This document shows positions 1-14,050 of a stretch of DNA of 64,000 bases, in pieces; the first letter of the stretch is position 1; the number at the start of each line of letters is the position of its first letter. The notes under the pieces were generated by a model that did no database searches, was not told the DNA's origin, and saw only the letters and a program-made list of their open reading frames with translations. Both the position numbers and the translations under genes were made by a program. Source of the stretch: Lingula anatina (taxonomy: Eukaryota > Animalia > Brachiopoda); NCBI GenBank assembly GCA_051362555.1, contig CM120641.1:28278401-28342400 (forward strand), given 5' to 3'.

Positions 1-1683
1 AGTCTCTTTGTAAAGCCAAACAACATTGTGGTTAGAGATCTTTTGCCTTGTAGCCACAAATATGTAAGCGATCATTTAGTCCTAAAAAGTGTAGGAACCA
101 GAGGCAGAGGAAATGGGTCTTTTTCTTGAAAATTGCTCCCCATTTACTGTTTAGATATCACGCCCATTGAATAAAAAAAACAGAAAGAGAGACTTCCCTG
201 TCAGCTTGTCCATTTTTTTGGGTGACAGTTTTTACTGTCTCATTCACACCTGTGTAGCACCTGGGGCAAGTGGCACAGTCACACCGAAATAACTACCGCA
301 AGGTTCATTGGTGAACAAAGTACACAAAAATTGTGTTGAAATGAGATGCTGTGGATAAATAAACTCTGCAAGCAAATATTAAAGGTGGAATAAAGGAAAA
401 TAAACATAACCTGCTTTTGTGGAGGCTATAATATTTTTCCTTACTGGATGGAAAGAGAGGGAGGGAAACCACAGGAATTTATTACAAATTATGTATGCAA
501 CCATTAGTCTAGCACAATCGGGGATAATCGGCTCTCTTCTTTCCTTTCTTAGCATTTTCACACAGTGTGAACCCTGGGTCCTCATGTTTGGCAAATTAGT
601 CAGGATTCAAAACAGAGACAGACTGGCTACTGTTGGCTCATGACAAACCACCAGTCACTAATCTGTGCTTTTGTCTGCACAAGCCACTAGGTGGAAGAGT
701 GTGCTAGTTGAGATGCCAGGAATAAAATGATTGCATTTGACTTTATGGAGTGAAAGATCAGATCAGCACAGCAAAATCCTCTATTAATTTTTACTGCCAG
801 AAGTGTCTATGACAAATAACAAAGCAGTAACATATTGACTGAATATTGTTTGGTATCTGGATCATGAATCTAAGAAGAGTTTTATGTTTAAACAGGGCAA
901 TTTCCAGGATCAGGGGTACAGGCTGTCCAAATTGGTCACCTGTAATTTCCTACAAAATTTCAGGCAGTCCAAACCAGCATTAAAAAAAAAAAAAAAACTC
1001 CATCTCACAAAGCCATTTTTGAAAGATTTGTAATGATACTGGCAGCCTTCCAAATGATGGCTGGATGGTTCAATGGGAAAAGCCTTTTGTTCAAATATAG
1101 TGAACTTGGTCTTCAAGGAAGATTATATATCTTTGTAGTTATGAAAGGCAGTATTTTTTCTTGCTAAAAATAACTGTTTCATTTTATTTATAAGATAAAA
1201 ATGTATTAATATAAGTAGTTGTAAAAAAGGGACTTGTTCTTTTAGCTTATCTCAACTTTTTTTCAAAGCTAGAAGACTATTTTAAAGTTAATAGAATGAG
1301 TATTTTTTTCTTTTTTGCATTAATGTTAACAACTCATTATTTTTTATTAGTATGAAAATTCTCTTTATTTGATCATAAAATGTCATGGTGTTATTTGTGT
1401 ACGGTCATGAAGTATTAGCTTCTGCAGAGACACATTTCTATTTATCACTCTTCTTCCTTTTCTTTATTTTGGAAAATGTTAATTATATATTTATTTACTT
1501 TTAAAAAAATTACAAATATAACTGCTAAAAATGTGAAAGAAACTCTTGGAATAGTTGAACATTTGTATGAGTTTGAAGATAATTGGAATACTTTTAAAAG
1601 ATTTAGAACAGAAGATAGTGAAAGTATCAAAACTAGAGTTTTTTTACTATAAAACTAATTGTATGCTTATATTTTTTTCACAG

Positions 1684-1896
1684 GTAAAAATTTCCTAACA
1701 CAACTGGTGAAAGCTCCTCCTGGCAGCAAGCTGTCTATAGGTTGTCCATACACTATACACATCCAGGGACAGAAACTGTGTGTCACCAGTGGTAGCCCAC
1801 CTAAACTGTACCAGACCTGGCAACTTAGTGATATCAGACGGTTTGGAACTGTGGAAGACAAATTTGTGTTTGAAGGGGGCTCACGATGTGGAAAGG
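1684..1896 (+). CDS. DOK7: DOK7-like docking protein, exon encoding most of the IRS-type PTB domain (upstream exons not found in window)
   Basis: Acceptor ttcacag| at 1683 and donor AAGG|gtgagg at 1896. Translation ...WQLSDIRRFGTVEDKFVFEGGSRCGK resembles the DOK7 PTB motif WKLSDLRRYG..FIFEGGTRCG as I recall it. Family call is firm; one-to-one orthology is an inference. Confidence 0.8.
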
Positions 1897-2092
1897 GTGA
1901 GGACTTTCTTTTTATTTTATTTGAAACTTTTGAAATTGTGAAAATAAAAACACATACAAGATGAAAGGGATGAAATTGTATATTTGATATTAGATGTATT
2001 CTTTGGTTATATTGCATATTAATACCTTATAGATTTTGTGAACAGTGATTATGTCAGTATATATGCACAACTTTATGCTCTCTTATTTGTAG

Positions 2093-2203
2093 GTGCTGGC
2101 ATCCATGCCTTCTCTTCAGACTCTGCCTCTGAGATCACACAGATTCTTAATGCAGCTTCATATGGACAGTTACAAGCAGCTAAGAGAAAGACCACATTAC
2201 TAA
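2093..2203 (+). CDS. DOK7: DOK7-like protein, exon encoding the end of the PTB domain
   Basis: tttgtag|GT GCT GGC ATC CAT... (GAGIHAFSSDSASEITQILNAASYGQL...), donor A|gtatgt. Phase 1/1 keeps frame with both neighbours. Confidence 0.8.
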   Translation: MLASMPSLQTLPLRSHRFLMQLHMDSYKQLRERPHY

Positions 2204-2850
2204 GTATGTGAAATCAAACGAACCTTTCATATGGTCATTGAATATATTTTCAGATTATGCTTTCTTCAGTGTCATATTTTGCACAGGACGAGTATGTGAT
2301 GCATTTCTGCTGGATATTGACAAAAAGAGACATGAATTGAGTTTAGTGTATTGAAAGGATTCAAATTGCTATATGAGTTCAGGGAAACTCAGTAGAATCC
2401 AATCTGATTATGGGTTGACATGTTTCCTGTGTCTATGACCTAAAATGTCTGATTGAATAAAATCCTTTTCTCCAGCATATTGCTAATTCCCAAGGTTATT
2501 AACTTTTATCTATTGGTTTCTGGACTTATCAGTCAATTTGGTGGTGATATGGGAAAAAAAAACACTGAAGTCAGTGCAGCAGATTCCCCAAATGAATAGT
2601 CTTTGCATTGGTATTTTATAAGATTTGTGATGCTTTCAGTTAAAAGTAGAGTTTTCACTCTCTTGTTTTATATTATGTTCTTGGTCAGATATCCTCTGTG
2701 GTATTACATTTAAAATTTATTGTAGGCATATTTAATATAATGATTAAACTTGAGACAAAATTTCATTCAAATGTCACTGTTTGTCCTTATTTAATATCTT
2801 TAAAAAAACATTGCAAAATCTGATTACTTATTTTTTGTTCAATATTTCAG

Positions 2851-5800
2851 GATCTCGATTGAGTCTTCCAGCAATGTTCCAAGCTTATAGGTCACCCAAT
2901 ACTCAGGCCACAAGTCCACATGCCAAAAACTTCGAAAACACTCAAGTGAATGCCGATCTCAATTTTCGATCTCACCACCAGCTTCACAGTCGCCAGTTAT
3001 CTCTTCATCAGATTGATGAAAAACAGTGTCTAGTCAGTATTGAAAATTTAGGCCGTAGAGGACAGGGGAGACAGACTGCAGACAATGCAGGCTTTGATAG
3101 TGACCAGGAGCAGAGTCACGGTGGCAGAACTTTGCAGCGTACCCTGTCCAGCACCTTGCCAAGATCGCAAAGGTTGGCAGGTCGACAGTCCAGCTCTCCT
3201 GATGGTCAGTTTGATCAAAGTTACTTGAATGTAGACTTGTTTGGTGCTGGCCCCACTAAGAATTGTTGGGGTGCCACTGGTGGTGCAACTTCAGATATGA
3301 GTACTAGAAGGACAGGAAACAACAAAACCTCCATACATCTCCTGGATGATATATTTACAAACCTACCTCACCCTAAAGTGCCAATGTCAAAATCAAATGA
3401 AGATCCTGTGTTTGCAACAGTTCAGTTTTCTAATTTCATGCCATCATCATCTGCTGAAACAAATGCTCACAAAGAGTTTCGTTCTTCCCCACAGAGTCAT
3501 TCTAGTATTGGATCTCATTCTCTTAGCAGTCAAGATTCAGACAGACTTTTTGAGGAGATAGATTTTCCTCAGTACACCTCCAACACCAATCTCAAAGATA
3601 TTGCTCAAATCAGCTGCAGCTCGGGAAGTAGCTCACCCATTGATGCCTCTGCCAAGAGCAGAGATCAGTTTTCCCAACCCCTGACATATGTAAATCTGGA
3701 AAGATTTGACGGGGAGGAAACGGATCATCATTATATTGACAGTGCTGCATCCAGTGTGAAAATACCTGTAAATCTGCTGTCTTTCCCTCAGGATTCCCCA
3801 CCAGCAGTAAGTGGGAAACAGAGATATGCCAATGTCTTGCCTTGCCCATGCTCCTGTGGGTGTCCTTTGTGCCATTCTGCTCCAGGGCAGCATTCCACCC
3901 CTGTACGGAGGTATGTGAACATTCCTGCTGAGCCAAGAGGTTATGTGAATATTCCTGGATCTGAAACTATCATAAACTGTGGACAGTGTACGTGTGGAGC
4001 TCACACTGCTGGCAGTCTGTCGTCATCCTTGGATAAGATGGAGACAGAGGAGACCAGCCCATACTTTGATATGGCAGCTGTGCAGACTATGGATAGACGG
4101 AGAAATAGGGCTGGCTCCCCACTGATACAGGAGACCTCCTTTAGTGTTCCTCCAGATGGCAGAAGACAGGATTCGACAAACACTGGCAGCAGTAGCACAG
4201 GCTCTGATGCTGATTACTTCTCCATGTCTGCTGGACCTAGCAATCCAAGCTCGTCCACCTTGAAAGGGATAGTTGATTGGACAGGGAGGGTCAGTATTCA
4301 TGCATGTACATCAGAGAGCAGCTTGTTGTCAAACAGCAGGTCAAATAGCCCAGAGGATGACCAGTACATTTGGATGAAGCCTGGTGGGAGTAGCCCTGGG
4401 GACTCTAGACAGGAATATGCATCTGTTTCTAGTTTGGGCGACTCCTCTCCCATGGCCAGCACCTGTGATTCTCCCAGGGACTATTTAAAAATGGTTGTGA
4501 AACCCAGCAATACTGGTCCATGCCCCGTTGTCTACCCCAGGTGTCACAGCGTTGGTGGAAGTTCCTCTTCCCAGCCACTTGTTACCAGGTCAGAACTCCA
4601 ACATTCTCATACCATGGCCAATCCTTTGAGTGAAGAACAGAACAATTACATGACAATGTCACTACCTCCCAGGGATTCTCAGCAGGTTGGTGCTCAGAGT
4701 TCAACAACAAAGCCATTGGCTGATGAGATATTAGACTCTGGATACATGCATTTTTCAGTGGGGCAGCTTGACACCGAGGACAGTGGCTCACATCTTGAGT
4801 CATCAAGGAGTGAGGCTGAGGCATCCCCAGTCCTCAAACCATTTGATAACCTTTATCAGTTTAAACCCCATTCATCAAAAAAGGATATTAAACAACACAA
4901 TAAGGCCAGGTCTTCCCCTCCTCCCAGGCCAAAGAAACCCACCAAAGAACTCCCAAAGACACCAACAAAATCAAAAAATCCTTTGGATGAAAAAGAGAGG
5001 TCATCTCCAGGGGTGAAGATGAGTTTCCTTTCCATGTTTCGCCGGAGATCTGCATCAAAGTCCATGGAGCGCTCTTCAACAAGTGGTGAAGAAAACTATC
5101 AGAGTGACAGTGATAGGTCTTTTCGTAAGGGATCATCCATTAAGAAAAGTAGAGTGGGAACACCGACAGGACAAGACCCTTCTGTCCCGTCTGGGGGAAG
5201 ACCATTGGGGGCAGCAACGGGTCGATGTCAGACCCCCCCACCTCTACCTCCACCTCCAATACCAGCCAGGTTACCTAAAAACAAACCAACCATGCTTGGC
5301 AAAGGGAGTGCTAGCCCCTGTTCATCCACTGATAACAGTCCATGTAAAAAACCACCCATTGATAGTAGTCCATCCAAAAACAAACCATCCAGTTACCCTG
5401 GCTGTAACAAACTTGTGTCTTCCTCTTCAGAAGAAAGTTACAGTGGGAAATGTTCCTCAGCCAAGAGCTGGGATGGGACTTTTGGTACCCTGGGGTCTTT
5501 TAAAAAGCCTACAGCTGTTGTGTCACCCTTCAGTTCTTCAACAAGTTTACATTCGTGCCTGTCTTCCACTGATGTCTCATCACAAGCCACTCAATCATCA
5601 TCCCTGCAGTCAAATGATATTGCTGATATGAAAAGCCTTCATACTCTACTTACTTCAGACACCTCAGACAGCTTTACGGCTGTAAAACCAGCCATGCAAG
5701 AAGAGCAAACCGGTATATCCAAACTAATGTCTGATAGGAAAGACCCGGCAGCACCACCCCAGACTTCAGTGGTGATGCCCATGATGATCCAGGATGCCTC

Positions 5801-6093
5801 TCTCCTAAAGAAAACTGTCCCAGTTGGAGGTGGCTCATTGTCTTCGACTCGCATGGATCTTTGCCTTGGGTCAGAAGTGGTTGATGAAACCCATGCTAAA
5901 GGTGCACAGGGTGCTGGTAGTGCCAGCAGTCCACAAGCCAGCAGCAGGAGTGGGTTTAATGATGTGTCCCCACAGAAGGTGAGACCTGTAGCCCGTCCCA
6001 GGGCAAAGAAAAGATCCCCACCAACAGGGCTAGCTGTGACCATACCACCCCCAGATACTGATGGAAACAAGTGGATGCTCCCTGGAGATGAAG
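2851..6093 (+). CDS. DOK7: DOK7-like protein, 3.2-kb exon encoding a Ser/Pro-rich disordered region with many Tyr docking motifs
   Basis: Lies within the 1116-aa ORF 2781-6131. Acceptor atttcag| at 2850, donor GAAG|gtaaga at 6093, phase 1/1. Contains YxN, YxxM and PxxP motifs. Confidence 0.88.
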
Positions 6094-7147
6094 GTAAGAT
6101 TCACTTCATTTTGTCTCAGTTTTATGTATAATAGTACATACTTAGAAATTCTACAAAATAGTTGGAGAAGTTAAAATGATAAGTTTTGTATTTAAAGCAA
6201 TGATTTGTATTTCAACTTGATTTATCATAACTGTGCTTTTACGATATTTATTTGTATGTTGATTGCACATTTGACACTTATGCATATTGTTTGCAGAAAC
6301 GTACTCGCATACATACATACACATATGTTCAGGCAGACAGAAAAGGAGATGGCTAATATCATTGGTGTGTAGGTGCTGCAAATATTGTTGAAATCTAGCT
6401 GCAGGTCATTGCATCTATTTAATATTACAACATTCTGAAAAAAAAATCCACATTGGTGATTCTGCATTTGAATAGCCAGCGTAGCTGTGTTAGACAGATA
6501 ATTGGATTGTACTTGCTTGAATACCCTCTAATTCACTGCACTCGATGTGTTCCATTAATATGTTGAGGGAGGCTCTTTGTACAGTCATTGTTTCTTCAAG
6601 GCCAATAATCACCTCTCCCACACTAGACTGATGGCTCTGAGTGTGCATAATGTATACTTGACTATGGGTTGCATGATGAGCTCGTGTTGACAATGTGCTA
6701 GCTTAATTTAATGAACTGGCAGGCGGGGCAGCTGTGTCTGTTGTTAAATGAGTGCGGTGTGTAAACAAAAATGATTAGGCATAGAATAATAATTACTATG
6801 CTGGTTGATATGCCCCTTTTGTCATTTAGTTTTTAATTTTGAGTTACCATACTAAAGACATAGATAAAGCATGAGAAAAAAGTAAAGACATGAAATTGTT
6901 GATGGTATAAGATTTATGTGATCTTATCGTAAAGATTTTACAAAAACCTACAATCTCTTTTCAGAAGGATTTATCAGCTTATAGCATTATTTAGTTATGT
7001 AATAACCAGTGTAATCAAAGAGCATTAGAAACTATAATGAAGTGCCGAGCACAATAAGAGATTATTTTTATATGTTAATATAAGCTTAGATTAACAAATC
7101 CAAGACTTGAAACCTGAAGTGCATATATCTCAGACAACTTGGACATT

Positions 7148-7438
7148 GGCCGTGTTCAGAATAGAAGTTATTGTACTAGCAGGATTGATCTGTCTCGGCG
7201 GGGATTCTTGCTAAGGCGAAGTCAATGTAATCAGCTTAATTGTCTGGCAGGCCCCTTCATAACTTAAAGTACTTGGGCAAAGTCTGGAAAACTTTGTGGT
7301 CCATGATGTTGTTCATGTTGCTTTGCAAGGGAGCATTTCAGACAATTAAACTGATTAACATTGACTGCGCCTTAGCGAGAATTCCCACTGAGATAGATCG
7401 ATCCTGCTAGTACGAGAACTTCTATTCTGAACACAGCC
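7148..7438. mobile_element. Fold-back MITE with about 100-bp TIRs and 3-bp TSD (PIF/Harbinger-like)
   Basis: ggccgtgttcagaatagaagtt... pairs with ...aacttctattctgaacacagcc; flanked by att/att. Confidence 0.75.
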
Positions 7439-9413
7439 ATTGACTAGAATTAAAGAAGATCATGAATGTTTATCAAATCCCTATTTGAAGTAAGGAATGA
7501 AAAATTTGTGAAGCATGATTTGGACAGATTTGCTGCCCACACTCCTCCAATTTACATCAGTCAATATCAGTCATGGACAGCACTTAAGTATACAGTACAG
7601 CATTTGAATTGGAACAAAGTCCTTGGTATCTGCGTCAAGTACATCTAATATGACACCTGATTTTCCCAAAAGCCATGTATGTCCTCACAGCAGTGTGTTT
7701 TCTACCATATCAGCTTCCCTGGAAATGCTATAGAAAACACCTAAGGGAAGAATTATATTAAGATGAGGAAATGAATTTGAACTAATAAGTTTTCTTTTGC
7801 ATGAGAGGGCAACAAATACGATATCTACTTTTACGTGGTTTGCGTCATTAGTGTGCATTTTAAAGGAGAAGATACTCCACAATCAATACATAGCTTTAAT
7901 AATCAGCTTGTAGATCTGGCACTAATGCAGTGGCAGTGGAGAAGTGCTGTGGCCTATGGAAGGATGAAAACTTGTGGTTTGAGACTCCCTGTTAACATCA
8001 TTTGCCTTGGGTCTGGTTTGTTGCCATGACAACCTCAGCTAGTGCTACCTGCCTCTTTCATGTAGGAGCAGAAACACCCAGTCGATAGAAAAGGATAAGC
8101 TTGCAGTGTCACTTGGCCTCATGCTGATTGCCTTTTTTTCTTTTGCCTTCACACTCATCTTGTTTTATTGACAGCAGATCTTGAGAGATGCAAATCTTCA
8201 GTGTCAGATTGACTGACACCGCAGCTGCCTGGGGTTGGACTATTAGTGGTAAAACCCTGCCACATTGATTGCTGTGTGACAACCACCAGCATCTTAGACT
8301 TGAAGGATTCCAGTAATAATCTTGCAGTTTATTAACTGTTCAAGTTTCTGGTTATCACTATCAGTGATGCCACACAGTTGTTTTTCTCAGCAACAACCTC
8401 TCCTGCTGCCAGTGCTGCTGTTGCTTGTACTATGCCGAGGCTAAAGAAGTTTTGGAAGGGTTGGTAGATCAGTTGAATATTATTTTTTACTTGATGTATA
8501 CATTTATGTTGTTTTGTATGTTTGTATGTGTATGCCTTTTTGTTATTGAACTATCTTTATATATGTGTTATATCCATTTGTGATTTTAGCTGCCTCTCCA
8601 TCCAGCAACTAAATTGCTTCTTCAGCTGGGCAAGGCTTTCTGTTGTATAGATGAAAAGGTAACGGTTATTAGTATTTTAAGCATGTCACCTTTTTCTGCA
8701 TGCTGTGATCAGATTGCCAAATTTTTAAAGACCTTTTCTGATTTGGTTCTCACATTATGTTGATTATTGCAGTTGTTGTTCACTGTTCATGTTGAATGAA
8801 AACTTATTAATCCATGGAATGTTGTTTGTTTTACTTATTTGTGTAGTTGTTTGCTGTTCATTGTTACCAGGATTCCAGTTTTGTACATGATGGTTGTGCA
8901 TGCTTCAAGTTGCTGTGCTGTGCACGTTAATTAGTTCATTGCTTTTGGTTTCATTTCCTGTCTTGATTGTATTGAGAACTCTGGGTTTTATTGCTGGCTA
9001 CTTTTCACCCTGAGAGTTAAACAAAATTATCAGCATGGTCAACTGCCTGGTAACATTTGTAGGAGTTCCAGATGGAATGGACACCGTGACTGAAGTACAT
9101 GTGGCATATTAAATACTAAATCTTTCTTAATCGGTGCTTGTCTGTGACACCTATCCCTCCAATTTTTGTCTTACATTTTAGATTAAGTTATTAGCCTTCC
9201 ATTTTTGCCTCATCCTTGTATATAGTTTAATCCACTTTGCTTAAATTCTATGATGTTATCATACACATGCAATTATATTAAGCATCAATTGTTTTGGTTT
9301 ATTAAATTATCAAGGCACCAAAAGGAAGTCTTCATCTTGAGATGAACAGAAAATCAAATTATCTCTGTGCCATTGGAAAGATGTGTTTGGTAGACAAAAG
9401 AGTAGAATTCTTT

Positions 9414-9416
<3 letters not shown>

Positions 9417-9500
<84 letters not shown>
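9417..9500. repeat. (CT)n microsatellite
   Basis: About 42 perfect CT units. Confidence 0.95.
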
Positions 9501-9504
<4 letters not shown>

Positions 9505-9881
9505 CTAAAATGTGTCATAATAATGACTGCAGTTAGAAAACCAGTGATGCTTTACTTTAAATGAGTAATAGCACACACTTGCAGTGAGCACACTTAGCAC
9601 TAAGAGAGCTATTCTCTTTACCTTTGATCTCAACACTATATAATTCTCTGTTTTTAATTATGATAAAATGCTTTCTTAATATTTGGCAAGTACTACATAG
9701 TTTGCGACTTAGCTAGATATGTAAAAAAAAAAAAAAGAAGAAAAAAAAAAGAAAAACAATAGGTACTATTCACAATGATTTAATAAATTATATTTCTGTC
9801 TTACAGTAAACAAATCAATTGGACGGGATGCTTCATATATATGTGTGTGTAAATATTTTATTTCAGTCATATTGACACTCA

Positions 9882-12218
9882 TTGTACCACCAGCGTTAGC
9901 GCTGGCGGTACACATGGTTTCGGTCCCGTCCGGATCGTTCCGCCGGCTCCGCCGGCTCCGCCGGCTCCGTTGGCTCCGCCGGACGGCTACCGTTACCGCT
10001 TCTCCTCCTAGACGGTAAGGGCCCCCGTACCCATCTCATGGATTTAGGTCACCTATAATCTCAACTCGTTCCACGTAAAATTTGGGCTTTGTCGGTATTG
10101 GGGTCTGGGTGTGGCACTCATTGCAATGCACCCTTGTCTAAAAATGGCAAAATTAAATGCTAATTATCTACCCTACGGAAGGAGTTATGGGAAAAATTTC
10201 TATAGACAGCTTTCCAAAAGTCATATGTGTAGATTTCAAATATACCCTTGGATTTGACCTTTGACCTTTACTTCAAGGTCAAATGGGCCAAAATTTTCAA
10301 AAAAATGAAATTTTTTACGAAAAAAAATTTTTTTGCCCTGTTATTCAGACACCACACAGACTTAACCAATAATATTATTGGAAAGTGTTACCCTTCAGGT
10401 CATCTTTCATCTCCATGAATTTGGGGTCAATCGGTGCATTTTCACGGGAGTAGCGGCCATAAGATACCGAAACTGAAAACTGTCTCTAATTCGGGAACCG
10501 TTAATGCTAGAGACCCATTCTTTTTTGCATTTTGTAGAGCATGTAAAGCCCAACACTGGAGGTGGTCTCGGTTTTTTTGTATTCCATACGGTTTTCGAGT
10601 TACTCTGTATCAAAAAGTACATATTGGTGGTAAAAGCAAAATGTACAGTACGGTAATGGATAATAAATTTTGAACTCTGGAAAAATAAAACATAAGGCTT
10701 GGCAAAGCAGACAACTTGTGTTCAAAAATGACATTATTTCATCAAATTTGAACTTCTGAAACTTCAGAGCACCTCCTATTTCAAGAATTTTGACCAAAGT
10801 GACATTTTCTTTATTTTAATTAATTTTTTCTGTACGAAATTAAAGGCACATTATGGTAACTCCAAAATTATAACATTTAGTCCCTTATATCTCCAAAACT
10901 GGCAGAGATAGGTCCATAGTTACTATTGAAGTTGAATAGGAAGTCATATACTGGCAATCTTACTATGACCTTGAAAGTGACCTTTGACCTACTTTTCACC
11001 ATGAACTGAACTTTGCAAATTTTTCTTCCCTTTTATCTCCAAAACTGGCAGAGATAGGTCCATAGTTACTATTGAAGTTGAATAGGAAGTCATATACTGG
11101 CAATCTAAATGTGACCTTAAAATTGACCTTTGACCTACTTTTCACCATAAACTGAACTTTGCAAAATTTGCTTCCCTTTTATCTCCAAAACTGGCAGAGA
11201 TAGGTCCATAGTTACTATTGAACTTGAATAGGAAGTCATATACTGGCAATCTAAATGTGACCTTAAAATTGACCTTTGACCTACTTTACACCATGAACTG
11301 AATTTGGCAAATTTTGCTTCCCTTTTATCTCCAAAACTGGCAGAGATAGGTCCATAGTTACTATTGAACTTGAATAGGAAGTCATATACTGGCAATCTAA
11401 ATGTGACCTTGAAATTGACCTTTGACCTACTTTTCACCATGAACTGAACTTTGCAAATTTTGCTTTCCTTTTATCTCCAAAACTGGCAGAGATAGGTCCA
11501 TAGTTACTATTGAACTTGAATAGGAAGTCATATACTGGCAATCTAAATGTGACCTTAAAATTGACCTTTGACCTACTTTACACCATGAACTGAATTTTGC
11601 AAATTTTGCTTTCCTTTTATCTCCAAAACTGGCAGAGATAGGTCCATAGTTACTATTGAACTTGAATAGGAAGTCATATACTGGCATTATAAATGTGACA
11701 TTCAAATTGACCTTTGTTCTACTTTTCACCATAAACTGAACTTTGCAAATTTTGCTTCCCTTTTATCTCCAAAACTGGCAGAGATAGGTCCATAGTTACT
11801 ATTGAACTTGAATAGAAAGTCATATACTGGCAATCTAAATGTGACCTTGAAATTGACCTTTGACCTACTTTTTATCATGAACTGAACTCTGCTAATTTCT
11901 TTCTCTTTTAACTTCAAACTTGACAGAGATAGGTCCATAGTTACTCTTGAACTTGAATAGGAAGTCATATACTGGCAATTTACTGTGACCTTGAAATTGA
12001 CCCTTGACCTACCTTACGAAGAACTTAAATTTGATTGTACCATATATATTTTTTGCAATAGTTTAAAAATTCTTGTTGATTGCATTTTTACAGCTTGTCA
12101 AGCACAAAACTGGTGGCTGTGTCCCTTATTTTGTGTATGTGGGGGTCTATACGAATGCGCTTGCTCCAGCTGGTGGTACAATATTCGGAGGCGGTATCGC
12201 CTCTCTGATCCTCTAGTT
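9882..12218 (+). mobile_element. Helentron/HINE (DINE-1/CvA-like) non-autonomous element, family A, with 146-bp tandem array
   Basis: 5' subTIR tgtaccaccagc with adjacent inverted copy, (ccggctccg)n microsatellite, central array, 3' subTIR gctggtggtaca, terminal palindrome gaggcggtatcgcctc, ends ctagtt. Second copy at 46744-48897. Confidence 0.8.
10882..12012. repeat. 146-bp tandem repeat, about 7.7 copies
   Basis: Unit ...atctccaaaactggcagagataggtccatagttactattgaacttgaataggaagtcatatactggcaat... recurs at 10882, 11028, 11174, 11320, 11466, 11612, 11758, 11904. Confidence 0.95.
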
Positions 12219-13835
12219 ATTCTGTAATTTTACCCTTAACAGGAACCCTCTCATTAACTGATTACATGTACCCATAACTTATTTAAATGTACCACTCTGG
12301 GGCTGCTGTCTGCTGCTGTGATTGAATTTAACATGGAAAGGTCCACATGCATGGTATTATATATTTCCCAATCTTCACAACTAGGAATTATTGATTGCTT
12401 TTGTTAGGAATAACCATATTAGGCCAGCAAATGAATGGCTGAGGTTGGATGAAAATGTCAGCAAAGGTTTTTCAACTGAATCTGATCCACTTTTTACCCA
12501 TTGAGGCATGTTTAATTTCCCACTCAAACTCACTCATGGTAAGTCTTATTTCTAGTCAGAGTTCAAAATTACCGCCAATGCTTTGTTGTTTTTATAGGAA
12601 TATCATTGAAATAGTTGGAAGTTCGAACCATATACGGTGTCCTACTTATTAACTTATAAAAGCTCATTTAGAAATTGTTTCTAAGCTGCCAGAGTTGTGT
12701 AAATATGCCTTTGCACACTTGGAATATCATGAAAACAGCTCAGATTACAGATCAACATACTTTGTTAACACAGCAGTATCATTTTATACAATATCTCAAA
12801 TGATCAAGGTTATAGATTGGTCAAGGTTATAGACTATGTCAAAGGTCAAGGTTACATATTAAAGGGTCAAGAGCAAGGTTGGAAGGTAAAAACACTGTAG
12901 AAAACTATGCTTACTAAAGCCATGCAAATCCTAAATTGATGTTTCATTTTTTGGGTGCATTTTTTCTGTGTTCATTTGTTAAAGAAACTTGATTTGATTA
13001 AGTAAGATTTTTCCTTCAATGTAAATGTCAATTTCAAAATATAGCAACAAGAATAGCATCAGTCTCTTGTTGTCCATGCATGATCAGGTAGAGTGATATT
13101 TCTCTCTTTCAAAGAGTCTGATATGTGTGTATATAATTTGGTTTTTCAATTTGTGATTCACAGTGATCAGCCACAAAGATGTTTATGTGAAATACCAGGG
13201 AGTGATGTCACAACAATGTTTCCACCAAATCTGTCTTTATCAAGAGAAAATTTGTTGTGTTGTTGTTACATTGACCATTCTACTGAAAGCAAACCATATG
13301 TGGTCTGGGTGTTGACCCAGTTATAACTTTTATTTACTGAAGGTGGTATACTTATTTAAACCCCATCTTTTATAGCTCTTGTGCTTATCCAAGATATTTG
13401 TCAGAAATAAAATATTGCCACGGATGGATGTAGATGGAGAATTATTAGTGCCCAATTATGCAAACAATGGATCAAATACAATTCTGAAGCTTTTAACATT
13501 TTTTTCAAACCAGATGGCAAGAAGGCTCATTTTCTTGCCTATATTGAATTATTATTATTATGCTTTTTCAATGAAAAGGAATAAGAAGTAATTATTATTT
13601 TCAAATTTACGGGTCAGCCCAATGAGCAGTAGATAGAGCTGTGTGTGTGTGTGTGTGAGTGTGCGTGCACACATTCATGTGTGTGTAAGCAAGCACCAGC
13701 TGAATGCAGTTAAAGGTGATTCCAGATACTACACAATATGAGACTGAGCAGCTTTGTTTCCAATCCATTGATTTCACTGATATATACTTGTATACATTAC
13801 TGTACGCTGTCTCAGTGTTGCTTTGCCTCTTCTTA

Positions 13836-14050
13836 GGCTCTGTTCTCACAACTTTTAGATCGATCTATCACCGCGGGGAGTCTCACTAGATTACTGTCAG
13901 ATAATCCCCCTTAAGTGTCCGTCCCCGCCTACTACAAGCTTTAAGGGGTAATTAACTTTCGTGTCCGCCCGGCTGACAGCTATTTAGCGTGAACCCCCAG
14001 GGAGTTAGGTCGATCCAATGTAGGTCGATCTAATCTATGAGAATGGGGTG
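13836..14050. mobile_element. About 215-bp MITE (Harbinger/Tourist-like, TWA TSD)
   Basis: tta TSD; body (tagatcgatctat..ggagtctcactagattactgtcagataat) shared with 56502-56715 and 37161-37350. Confidence 0.7.

Noticed and set aside
3346-6070. Overlapping alternate-frame and antisense ORFs within the large DOK7-like exon
   Set aside because: Expected shadows of a long, more GC-rich coding exon.
11135-11968. Repeated minus-strand ORFs ([22 protein letters not shown]...)
   Set aside because: By-products of the 146-bp tandem repeat; no recognisable domain or splice structure.
10882-12012. CRISPR-like array
   Set aside because: Units are full-length near-identical monomers with no unique spacers; eukaryotic context and no cas genes.
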